The translations under genes and the position numbers were made by a program. From Euglena gracilis (Eukaryota): a DNA stretch of 64,000 nt. Positions 24,557-35,922 of this stretch are shown piece by piece; position 1 is the stretch's first letter; the number at the start of each line of letters is the position of its first letter. The stretch lies in assembly GCA_039621445.1 (NCBI GenBank), contig CP154954.1, positions 37,929,703-37,993,702 on the forward strand, given 5' to 3'. The notes below the pieces were generated by a model. That model had not been told where the DNA came from and ran no database searches. It saw only the letters and a program-made list of their open reading frames with translations.

Positions 24557-24695
24557 CAAATCCTTTGCTTTGCCCCGTCACTGTATTCCGCCAAACAGTT
24601 AAAGACGATACCACACCGTAAATTTCAACAAGGTTTCGCAAATCTGCTTCATGATAAGACAATGGAAGGTTCCGAATGAAGACGTTCTTGTTCAT
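24557..24695 (-). CDS. RRM protein exon 1 (MNKNVFIRNLPLSYHEADLRNLVEIYGVVSSLTVWRNTVTGQSKGF); ELAV/CELF-like two-RRM protein
   Basis: RNP2 VFIRNL and start of RNP1 KGFG. ATG lies 7 nt after an acceptor-like TTTTCCTTTGCAG. Confidence 0.9.
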
Positions 24696-24702
24696 AACCG
24701 CT

Positions 24703-24720
24703 CTGCAAAGGAAAATGCAA
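24703..24720 (-). promoter_or_regulatory. Splice acceptor (cis or spliced-leader trans) upstream of the RRM start codon
   Basis: TTGCATTTTCCTTTGCAG|AGCGGTTATG. Cis and trans use cannot be distinguished from DNA. Confidence 0.5.
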
Positions 24721-27275
24721 GAATAGTTTTTTGTGTATTTTTGGGGGGTTTACACGTGCGATTTTGTTGATTGAACAAACAACGGTACTTGCCAGCGCAC
24801 GACGGACCCACCCTTTCGATTATCGCACAACGCCCTTTGAACGGCCAGAATCCTCTCCCTTGGGGTCCGTTTCGGCCATTTTGGGTGGTTTTTGTGGTTT
24901 CCATGACCCCCTCCCAAGGGGGGTCACTTAGTGGGGGGGGTCGGAAAACAAAAACTTGATATCACCCCCACCTTTTGGGGGGGAGGGAATTTTTGTGTGA
25001 AATTCGTGACCTACACCATTTCCCCATCAGGTCAAAAATTTCGGAAAATTCTTCAAAAAAAGAACTCTTTTATGACCATTTTAGCTTACGGAAAATATTA
25101 TGCATGTTCCAGCCGGACCCCGGAGGACCACTTAGGGGGGGGGGTTCGCAAAAAAGGCGAAGTGTTCGCAATTACAACTCCTGACCCTAACCCTGTTCCT
25201 CCCAACAACCCTATACAGTCAATGGAAGAGGAAAAGAAGACGTCGTGCGATAACCGAAAGGGGGGGTCCGTCGTGCGATAACAGACAAGTACCCAAACGA
25301 CATCTTTGGCCGACACCTTTGGCCCCAGCAGCAACACCCGGGCAGATCCCTTATGGGGACAAACTGTCAGTGGGCTTTATCTTTCTTCCTCCCTGCCTTG
25401 CCACCTTCCCAAAACCATCGCCAAAAGGGAATTTCTTAAGGACCCCCCGGGGGGGGGGGGATCCAGCCTCCGGCTGGCAAAAAGGCTGCTGGCAGCCAGC
25501 AGCTCAAATCCAGCCAAGCAGCCCAAATTCGGGCTGGGAGCCTCCCCCCCCCCCAGGGGTCGAGTGAAATAAAGTCGGGTCCAGCCCGGCCGGAGGCCGG
25601 GCCAGCCGGCCACAGGCTGGCCAGCCAACTGGGCTGCCCAGCTCACTTATCCCTGCATTTTTCCCCTCACCACAGCCCCTCCATCACAGCCCCCCAGCCT
25701 TGATCTAGCTCCACCCATCAAAATGTCGAAGATGGCAAAAATTTGTTAGAAAAATTTGTTTTTCCTCGACCAGCCCTCCAGCACCGGACCCCCTCCCCCC
25801 CACCCCCCCGGCGGGGGGGGGCAGCCATACCCTCCCCCCCCCAAAATAAGCCCCCCCCCCCCCCTGGGCCGATCAAGGAAAAATCCAAAAATAAGACCCC
25901 TCCTCATAAAAAAAGACCCCTTGATCCCCCTTGCCGTGGACGGTGAAAGTTTTCCCTGAAAATGACCAAAAACCCCAATTTCATGCACATGAAATTTCCA
26001 AAGTTTTCAGATTTTTGAAGTGGGGGGGTCGTTCTGCCCTGGGGGGGAGGAGGGGGAGGGAGGGTGGTCCCGGACCGTCCGTCGCAGGAGATTTTTTTCC
26101 CGGTCAGCAAGCGCCGGCAACCACCGTGCAGCCGCTGCAAGTGGTGGTCCTGTGCCAGTGCATCCACACCGGGGGGGGGGGAGCGGGCTCCCACGCCAGC
26201 GCCCGCGCGGGGGAGGCCATTCATTTTGATTGATTCATTCGTGTGGCTACAAATGTCTAGTTCATTTTGATGAAGAGAACTGGCAAGAAAACGCTTGGTG
26301 CCTCATCTTCATCTCCTTTTTCCACCCAAGCCGAAGCGTGCATACGCGCAGCAGCTCACCCCCCCCCCCCCGGCCGGCCGAAGGCCGGTCCTGACCGACC
26401 CTCCCCATATAACACCCCCCCCCATATAAGACCCCCCTGGGATTTTGGCTCCTGAGGGGGGGTCTTATATGGGGGGGGGGCATGGTAGGCTGACAACGAC
26501 ACCTGCCCTGGTGCGTTTTTATTCCACATTTGGACAGCAAGGACCTGTGGCAATTGACGTCACTATTTGGCACACCCAAGCAATCCTCTTGGCCGTGCCA
26601 ACCAACTTCAATCAGGGCAAGGGAAGGCTGACAAACACCGGAGAATTGATGCCGCTTGCACAAGACGCGGTTGGCGCCTCACTGCCTTTGTGCTTGATTG
26701 CTTCGGGGGGGCTGGGCACAGAGGGCATCCCATGGACTAATTGTCGAACGTTGTTCAAGACAGGCGTGCGGGCCCTGCAAAATAGGTGTTAGACAAATCG
26801 ATTGCACTAACAGTTTTTAGCAGGGGCGCGCCGGGCAGCCTGGCGTCTTCAGCACCTCGACACCGACCGGCACCTGCTAAAACCGTCAATGACAAGTCAA
26901 TTATTGTACCATGCCCCCCCCCCCCGAGCTATTCCCGTCGTCCCTGGGTCCCTTTACAGTCCAATGGAGGTAGGCACAGGTGGGGTACATGAACGGTGCA
27001 CGCCGGTTACCATCCCCCCCATTATGTACCCCCCCATCATGTACCCCCTGGGGGGGAGGTACATAATGGGGGGGGGATGGTAGCTCACTGTCATAACACC
27101 TTTTCTAAAGAATTTCCCAAAAAAATGCTCAAAAATCGGTGTTTTTGGGACGTTATCAAAAAGTGATATTAGGCAAATGGGCTGAAAATTGACCATTTAT
27201 TGCAACCATCCAAAAAGTTGCCAAAAATGACCCCTTTTGTGCTGTTCGGTCGGGTCTGGGAATGGGACCTGGGTA

Positions 27276-27457
27276 CCACCCCCCCCCCCCTTTATTGTCC
27301 CCCCCCCTTATTGTCCCTGGGCCCCGGCCGACGGGAGGTTTTTTGGGCCCGGCCAATGAAATTCCTTTGGTACCCCTTTATTGTCCCCCCCCCCCTTTAT
27401 TGTCCGGTCGGGCCTCCCGGGGGCAGGTCGGTGGGACAATAAAGGGGGGGGGGGTGG
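27276..27457. mobile_element. TA-flanked MITE; inverted copy at 29094-29273
   Basis: TIR CCACCCCC...TTTATTGTCC. Confidence 0.8.
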
Positions 27458-27459
27458 TA

Positions 27460-27938
27460 CAGTCCCTAGCCGTAAATTGTCCCCCCCCGAAAATTCCCCC
27501 CCCCTGAAATTTGGGAATTTTCCTGGTTTTGCAAAAGGCTCCGAAACGGGCGAAACCCCCCCCCCCCTTCAGCCCCAGAGGAACAGCTAAGTCAGGTGGG
27601 TTGGGACTTTTTTTTGTACATGCAAGGGCAGCACAGCTTCACCACTTGCATGGCCCCTGGGTCGAGGACTTGGCATCCTTTGGGTTTTTTTGTCCATTGA
27701 ACCATCCCCGGCATGTATCTATCAATAAGACCCACCGCCCTGAATAGAGGCGTTCGGGAATATACCATAACAACCCCACAACATACGGCAAATGAATTCC
27801 GAATCCCGGTCGGCTTCATGGCTTCAAAGAATAGAAGGGACGGGACAAAGTGCCCGAAACGGCCGAAAATTTCCCCCCCCTTGGTCAAGAGCCCAAAAAA
27901 CCCTCCCTAGGGGGGGGAAAATTTACGGCTAGGGACTG
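27460..27938. mobile_element. Tc1/mariner-pogo-type MITE
   Basis: TA-CAGTCCCTAGCCGTAAATT ... AATTTACGGCTAGGGACTG-TA. Shares a TA with the preceding MITE. Confidence 0.85.
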
Positions 27939-30900
27939 TACCCCCCCCATTGTGTACCTCCCCCCCATTATGTACCTCCCCCCCCCCCAATTTCGGCCTC
28001 CCGGGGGGAGGTGCGGGGGGGGGATGGTATATTTATCGCACTCTCACTCAAACTCACCCAAGCCCTGAAATCAGACCCGGAGCTTGAGACCATAACGGCT
28101 CCAAGATGTGGTGCGCGTGGACGCGGGGGGCAGCTTGACTCGTGGTTGCTGCTCTTTGCATGTTCACAAAAGCGGCACTGTATGGCTCCTCACCTGCACG
28201 AGCAACACCGTTCATCTCTTCGGCTGCCTTGATTCCATTGGCAGGTTGAACGTCCATCCCATTGCAGTGAGAAACACTGTCCGCCGCTTTGTGGGCAAGT
28301 TTGCCATCATGTGTGAGGCAGCGAGCAGCATAACTACACACGCAACAATGTGGAGTGTCGACAGAAGGAGATTGCGAGACCATAGCGCAGGGATTGCATT
28401 CCTTCGTGCAACATGCAGAAGGTGATGTCTGAGGGCCTACAAGTGGACCTACAAAACACCTTCAATGCAATTGATTGGCAAGCTGTGCTTCATGTGCAAA
28501 AAATGGACCAAAATCATCTTGTGAGGTAAAATTGTGGGTGTTTTTCTTGCATAATTGGAATTTGCAGGAGGGAAAACAAATGCACTTCTTGCAGTTTTTT
28601 TTTGTGTATTTCAATTTTGGAAAGTTTTGTGTTTGTGTTTTGTTTTTTTGCGCTTTTGCGCTTGCGCTTTGTAACGCCTTGCCGAAGTAACCGAAGTAGA
28701 CGTTGGAATGTATCATCGTTGTGCGGCATGTGTGCTTGGAGGCAAAAGTTTTGGGGGGTCGGCACACCCCTCCCCCCCCCCTCACCGACCCCCTCGCCAC
28801 GCCATTTTACCCCCCCCTCCCCCCCCTTTTCAGACCCCCTCGCCACGCCATGTCAGGGGGTCCCAATCGGATGATTGTCCCCAGTTGTCTGGTCGAAAAT
28901 TTAAATCATCTGTTGGTCAGATTTGGTAATTCAGCAGCCATGTTGCCAAAAACTTTTTCCAAGCCTTTTCAATAGATGACCACAGAATTCACCGCCCTGT
29001 ATAAATGCACATGAGATGTGTTGCACAAAAACACCAATTTCATGCAAATTGGCCATTGTGCAAAGAAACAAACTGTAATACAACGGAATGGTACCACCCC
29101 CCCCCTTTATTGTCCCACCGACCTGCCCCCGGGAGGCCCGACCGGACAATAAAGGGGGGGGGGACAATAAAGGGGTACCAAAGGAATTTCATTGGCCGGG
29201 CCCAAAAAACCTCCCGTCGGCCGGGGCCCAGGGACAATAAGGGGGGGGGGACAATAAAGGGGGGGGGGTATGGTAAACTGAACGGCATCCACACCCTTGG
29301 GCTCTATGCTGAAAATCACCAGGCCAATCAAAGCTGGCAAACCCCCCAAAAAAGCCCCCCAAAACACCTTCTTTGCGTTTTTTTTTAATTCAAAAAAGCA
29401 AAAAAAAAACGCCAAAGGGTTCAAAGGAAAATCTTTTTTGAATAACAATTTTGTCAGGATTATATCCAACCCACCATCACATCTTTGGGATGTCTTTTGG
29501 CCATTTTTGAAAAAATTCGTTTTTGGTGTGAAACTGTACCAGTTTTTTTTCCATGAATCTTTGGGTGTCTTTTCCATAGAAAAAGGTGCATGATAGAGAG
29601 CTATTCCCAGCTTGGGGGAGCTTGGGCTTGGAATCTTGGGGGAGAGCTCGGGGAGGGGATGCCACCCTCTAATTCTCTGACGCAGATCCTTGCAAAATGT
29701 CCACAAGCAAAGATATCCCCCAAACCGTCAAGACTCTGCTGGCAGAATTTTCAAAGCACCTCGAACAGCATCATCACAGTATGTTGGTGTTTCTATTTCC
29801 TCTCCATGCCCCCTCCCTGAGCTATTCCCTCCCGTGAGCTATTCCGGTGGTGGAACACTTTTTTGGAGGGAAATATGGAAAAATTGCCCCAAGCCGAGAC
29901 AATGGAGATTGGGCATTTTATGTCCGAAAATGGCCATCTTTGGTCATTTTTTTTGGGCCTCAAAAAAGTAGTGATTTTTTAGTGATTTTTTTTTCTTGGG
30001 AAGCTAGGCACAGTGGGGGGGGGAGGGGGTGGTCGAAGGGGGGCAAGCGGCCATGCGGGGGGTCCCGGACCCCCCCCTCCCGAGTGGCACGCCTAGCCCC
30101 CAATGACCACCCTCACCCCCAAAGCGTCCCCCCCCAAAGTGGCCAAAAGCTTTGGCAAATTTTGGTTTACGCCCTCAAAGTGGGCGTTTTCCTTCGGCAC
30201 TTTTGGCGCCGAAGGCCAAAATTTGATCTCGCCCTCCTCAGAGTGGCCATTTTGGGGTCCCATGGTGCCTGGAGGGCCATTTTAAGGGGGGGGGTGAGGG
30301 TATTGTGGAGAACTCTTCATTTCTCATGGAAAATATATTTGCAGCAAATGGCTAACCCCAGGGTTGACGTTTTTTTTGTTTTTTTTAAAAAAAACAAAAA
30401 AACATGTTTTTTTTAAAAAAAACGCAAAAAAAACATGTTTTTTTTGAAAAAGAAAAAATTGACCGTTTTCCTTGCGAAATGACCATTTTTTTGAAGAAAT
30501 TTTTTCGCGGGTGGTTCGGGTCACGAGGGGGGGGTCACGGGGGGGTCACAGGGGGGGGGGGTCACGAGGGGGGGTCACATTTTTGGTGGCCAGATTAGAA
30601 ATCACCGAAAACGAAATTTTTGGGGAAAAATCCTTTTTAAGCTGGGTGGACAGGCGCAATTGTTGCCGCGTCGGGTGTGCGTAAAACGCAGCAGTTACCG
30701 CCCGGGAGGCGCAAAATAGAAAATTGGTAACGGACGCACAAAAGAACGTCCTTTTTCGGACATTTTCGGCCGAAATCGGCTGCGCCGGCGCTGCAAAACG
30801 AGCGCTCTGCCCCGGCTAGAGGTCGGCGATCCTTTACATGATTGTTGCGAAGGGCGGCGGGTGAACAGGCGCAATTTTGCCCGAGTCGGGTGACCCAAAC

Positions 30901-31205
30901 CATACTTCAAATCCCACTATGTTCAAAAACTTCCAAAAAATGGCCAAAAAACATCCAAAGTGCAAAAAAAATGCAATTTTATAATTTTTATTATGTTTTT
31001 GTGGAAGGAAGTTTTTGGCAGAAAAAATGACTTCTCGTGGACGTTTTTTGTGCTTTTTAAAAAATGGTTAAAAATAAAAAACAACAACAAAAAGCAAAAA
31101 TCAAGTTGCCAACTATGATGCCAGGGAGACAAAACAATTTGAATGGGAAAATATTTTTCCCGCAAATTCTGGACAAAATTTTGTTCAGGATTTTCCCACC
31201 ATTTC

Positions 31206-32428
31206 TATATAAAAATCGTGGGCATAACCCGTATACAGGCCGTATAACGGGTCAAGGGCGCCGTAGGCGCCCTTGACCCGTTATACGGCCTGTATACGGG
31301 TTATAGCCCACAATTTTTCTGTAACCGTTAATTAAGAGGCCCGGCGCCTGCCCTGTATTTCGTTGATGTGCTTCACGCCATGGTTTCGGGCACTTTTGGG
31401 GCGTTTTTTTGCCCAAAATTTTTAAAAAATCCAATTCACGAAATACAGCCTGTATTTCGTGAATACCCAATTCACAAATACAGCCTGTATTCGTGAATTG
31501 AAAATAACGCCCTGTATTCCGTGAATAGAAACCAAAATGTGAAAACATTGTCCAGATGACCTGGAACACATTGATAACACACCCCTGGTCCTGGAAAACG
31601 AGATATGGATGTAAGGCCAAGTTATAGGGGGGCACTTTGAGGGTGGGGGGCGGCGCCGAAGGCGGCCGGTCCCCCCGCAAAGGCCCCCCACAATGCTTTT
31701 CGTTTTTAGAGCTTTTTAGTGCTATTTTCGCACCTTCACCCCGTGTTTCTCCTCACTCTGTTCTCCAAAAAATGGCGAAGAAAGCGGCAAACACCATGGA
31801 CAGAATGTTGACACAACCCCCAAAAGTTGCTGAATTTTTGGCCACAATTAAGCAGGGTTGGGAGAACAGAAAGAACCCTGCTATTGACCCCCTGCACGAT
31901 GACCTTCTGCTACAGGCTGCCAAAAAGAAAGCGTCCGGAATGGCAGGGACAGAGCAATCCGCATTTGCTCACCTCCTTGAAATCGAGTGCAGTGCGATGC
32001 TTGTTCCCTTTCATACCACTGGCGTTGTGTGCATTTATGCCATGAGCCCAAACATGGGTCATGGGTGTGTCATTCGTGCAAACCTCGTTAGCTTTCCCGG
32101 CGTAAATCCACGGCACTTTGCTATCTGACGTTGCACTAGTTGTGCACCGCCTTCATTTATCACCTAGGACATGCCATTCAATTTTCTTTTGCTTTGTGCA
32201 TTTGGTTTTATTCTGAATTACTTCAGACGATGTGATGCAAGAAGGTTTCTAGTTTCAGAAGCTGTTATAAAAACAAAAAAAATACAATTCACGAAATACA
32301 GCCTGTATTTCGTGAATACCCAATTCACAAATACAGCCTGTATTCGTGAATTGAAAATAACGCCCTGTATTTCGTGTTCACACCCACGAAATACAGGGCA
32401 GGCGCCGGGCCTCAATTCACGGTTACAG
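31206..32428 (+). mobile_element. Hairpin-terminated element with PHD-protein remnant, copy B
   Basis: Foldback at 31206-31323 with a perfect 39-bp core stem and GTA loop. ~87-bp direct repeats at 31432 and 32285. Subterminal inverted repeat 31319-31362 / 32387-32428. Ends are approximate. Confidence 0.7.
31772..32091 (+). pseudogene. Internally deleted gene: MAKKAAN...DPLH N-terminus joined out of frame to a PHD finger
   Basis: 31987-32091 reads VQCDACSLSYHWRCVHLCHEPKHGSWVCHSCKPR*. The N-terminus is homologous to the 16029 ORF. Confidence 0.82.
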
Positions 32429-32550
32429 GAGCTATTAGCGTTTTTCCTGGCAAATTTAAGAAAATCTAATTTCGTCCATTGAACGCCCAAAAGTTATCTG
32501 GTGCTTCGATTCTTGGAATGCATTTTTGTTCCAAAACAACTGTTAGACCG

Positions 32551-33010
32551 CAGAGGGGGGGGGGAAACGCGTTTCGCATTTTTTCGCATTTTTGCGCATT
32601 TTTTGCGCATTTTTTCAAATTTTCCAAAAATGCGCATTTTTGCGCATTTTTTCGCATTTTTTGCGCATTTTTTTGTTTTTTTTTCAGCACATTTTTTTGC
32701 TTTTTGGCACATTTTTTCGTGATTTTCCAAAATTTTCGCATTTTTTGACCATTTTTGCAATTTTTTGCAAAAATTTGAAATTTTTGACTTTTTTTGAAAC
32801 GTACATTTTCCTCATTATTCCATATAATTTTTTCAAATTTGGTGCCATTTTTGCATGTTTTTTGGGTGATTTTTGCATTTTCGTGATTTTTGCGCATTTT
32901 TCCTCGGATTTTGCACATTTTTGCGCATTTTTTCCAAAAATGCGCATTTTTTGCGCATTTTTGCGCATTTTTTCCGAGGCCGGGCGAGCGCATTTCCCCC
33001 CCCCCCCCTG
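32551..33010. mobile_element. CAG...CTG MITE filled with GCGCATTTTT repeats
   Basis: CAGAGGGGGG...CCCCCCCTG flanked by TAGACCG (7 bp visible). Confidence 0.7.
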
Positions 33011-33727
33011 TAGACCGCCGTTGGTCAATACAAAACAAAAAGCCCGTTTTTTCAGTTTTTGCAATTTGAAATTTGGGATATAATCAATTTTTGGCTGCTG
33101 GATTTGGGGAAACCTTAGGATTTTTAATGACGACCCCGAGGACCCCCGACCCCCCAGGACAAGGGGTGGTCGGCACACCCCTCCCCCCCCCCTCACCGAC
33201 CCCCTCGCCACGCCATTTTACCCCCCCCCCTTTTCAGACCCCCTCGCCACGCCATGTCAACCGCGCCAAAGAAAATTTTCTTGGAAAACCCCCACGCACC
33301 CCTCCCACCCCCCCATCCGGGACCCCCTCGCCACGCCACAACCCCCCCTCCCCCCCCCCCCAGCCGGACGGCTCGCCACGGCGTGCCGACTCCCCTTGGC
33401 CCCGAGGGAAAACTGACCATGAGTGAAAATTCTGTCTGGAAAAATATTGGACGAATCCTTAAAATGCCGGAAAAAATTCTGGACGCCCGCTGAGAACAGG
33501 CGGGGAAAAATTCTGGACGAAAAAAAATCTCTCGAACCATTTATCAGGGGAAGGCATTGGAATTCATATTAAAATGGGGGACAGGACTCAATGCGGAAAA
33601 AAAAAGCCAAAAGTCCCGCATGGGATGATGCCATTTTTAAGAACTCTGGGGGTGGTCCCAGGGGCCCCTGGTGGCGCGTGCAAAGGCGCCCGGAAATCAA
33701 CGGCAAATGAGTCCTGGGGGTCTTGGG

Positions 33728-33900
33728 CAGGGCTGAGGCATTGTTTTAAAACAAGTGTTTTTAAACAAGTTTTTTTCCTATTTGCAGTGTTTTATTTAAA
33801 AAAAACACTCTTTTTTGAAACAAAAAACCGTTTTTAAACCGTTTTTTATTCATGGAAGTTTTTTTGCTTTGTTTTAAAACAAAAAAAAACGTCAGCCCTG
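33728..33900. mobile_element. hAT-like MITE
   Basis: CAGGGCTGA / TCAGCCCTG with perfect TSD GTCTTGGG. Confidence 0.9.
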
Positions 33901-34028
33901 GTCTTGGGTCTTTGGGGGGGGGGGACTGGCCATGATTCAAAAATTTTCCGATAGTAATTGTTCCCAGTCAGAGTCCCCCCCCCCCCAGGTGGCTGGGGGA
34001 GGGGGCACAATATTTGATTGTATTGTAC

Positions 34029-35427
34029 TAGGGCTGCATAGAGGTAGAGGTAGAGGTCAAAGGCCTCTACCTCTTTGTCAACCACCTCTACCTCTACCTC
34101 TACCTCTATGTCACCTCTATGTCTGTAAAATGTACCAAAATGGCCTCAAAAAGGGTCATAAAACACCCCATCTGCTCGGAAAATGGCAATTTTGCATGAA
34201 AACACATGCAAAACGGCGAGGGGATGAGAAACTGATACGAAAACTGTGTCCAGAACGCCGGTTCGGACCACGGAACTGTGTTCCAGAACGCCGGTTCGGG
34301 CGGCAGCCCGAACCGGCGTTCTGGAACACAGTTCCGTGGTCCGAACCGGCGTTCTGGACACAGTTGTTGAAACCGTGGATTAGGGGCTCTGGCTTCACGC
34401 CCGAACCGGCGTTCAAGGAACCCAGGCCAATTTCGCCCTAAATGCCCATTTTTCTAACATTTTGGAGCATTTTTGGGCTCCTTTGGGCGCATGGCCATGT
34501 CGATTGGCCAATTGAAGTTTTCACAGATCTGGTGCCATGTTACCCATCGATCGAAAGCTCTTCTCAAGTGCTTTTGGCAGATGGCCACAGGATTCAGCAA
34601 TAATCCACACAGCGCTTATTTCCAGCGATCGTGCATTCCAAAATTTGACATCCTAATTTGTGAAATCCCACACCTTAGGTGCCTTACAGCATATCAATCG
34701 AAAGCTCTCGCCAAGGCCTTTCATTTGGTACCCACAGAACTCAGCTGTACTGCAGAGCACTCTGAAAATCGGCGATCGCATTTTCCGACCCTGTTTGCAA
34801 AGTCGAAATTCCGATGTTTCACCAGCCATGTTGCCCATCGATCGAAAGCTCTTCTCAAGGACTTTCAGCAGATGGCCTTAGATTCCAGCCGTCTGCATGG
34901 TATTCTATTTCAAAAATTCCCTAAATTTGGCCAAATGGAAATTGTTGCACAAAATTCCCCAATATATGGCCAATTACCCCCCAAAAACTGCTCAGATGTG
35001 ATTGCCACATGTCTACAAAGCATTTTGAACATTTTTTGGCACTTTTAATTTTCGGTCCCCTGGACGCCATCTTCCCGCCCGAACCGGCGTTCCAGAACGC
35101 CGGTTCGGCGCAAAATTTTCGGCGCCGAACCGGCGTTCTGGAACGCCGGTTCGGGCGTGAAGCCAGAGCCCCAATACACGGTTTCAATATGTGGGTTGGT
35201 GATTTTGAAAGTTGTTGGCGCAGTTATGTTACCACATTGAGCAATTCTGAAAACCTTTGTATGTATTTCTTCTTTGCTAGCAAAAAAAATTCCTTTGTTG
35301 AGTCATTTTCCTTTGGTTTTTGACATAGAGGTGACATAGAGGGATAGAGGAGGTTGGAAAACCTCTACCTCTACCTCTACCTCTACCTCTACCTCTACCT
35401 CTATCCCTCTACCTCTATGCAGCCTTG
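34029..35427. mobile_element. hAT-like element with (GAGGTA)n subtermini and a nested repeat
   Basis: TAGGGCTGCATAGAGG / CCTCTATGCAGCCTTG flanked by ATTGTAC. Confidence 0.7.
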
Positions 35428-35604
35428 ATTGTACGCCAAACGGACGATTTTTTTGCATTTCACACTGTCTATTTTTGCACTTCGGTCTTTTTTTTTGCAC
35501 TTTATCTCAAAAATGTTTGCAAATGTCACCACTTTGTTTGCATTTTACCTCAAAAATGTTTGCACCTTTTCGGTTCGGGTGTTTTGCACAGTTGCCCCTT
35601 TTTG

Positions 35605-35922
35605 GGGGGTAGATTTGGCCTGGGGGGGGGGGTTGTGGGCAGACCCTAGGGTCGCCAAAGGTCGCCATGGTCGCCAAAGGTCGTGGTGGGTCGATGTCAA
35701 AAAATGCGCTCCACGGCAAATTAGCGCAACATACACACAAAAGGTGTTGCACACACAAGGGATTTTTTTTTTTAAGGCCCTGGAACAGTTGCCTACGCCG
35801 CTACAATGCAAAAAAGACTGAGTAGGAAATACCCATAGCGACCTTTGGCGACCTTTGGCGACCGTGGGCAGACCCTAGGGTCTGCCCACAACCCCCCCCC
35901 CCCAGGCCAGATCCGGGAGCCC
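35605..35922. mobile_element. Mutator-like MITE
   Basis: Imperfect TIRs with 9-bp duplication CCCTTTTTG. Confidence 0.65.

Noticed and set aside
32466-33211. Lys/Cys/Phe-rich ORFs
   Set aside because: Translations of GCGCATTTTT repeats inside a MITE.
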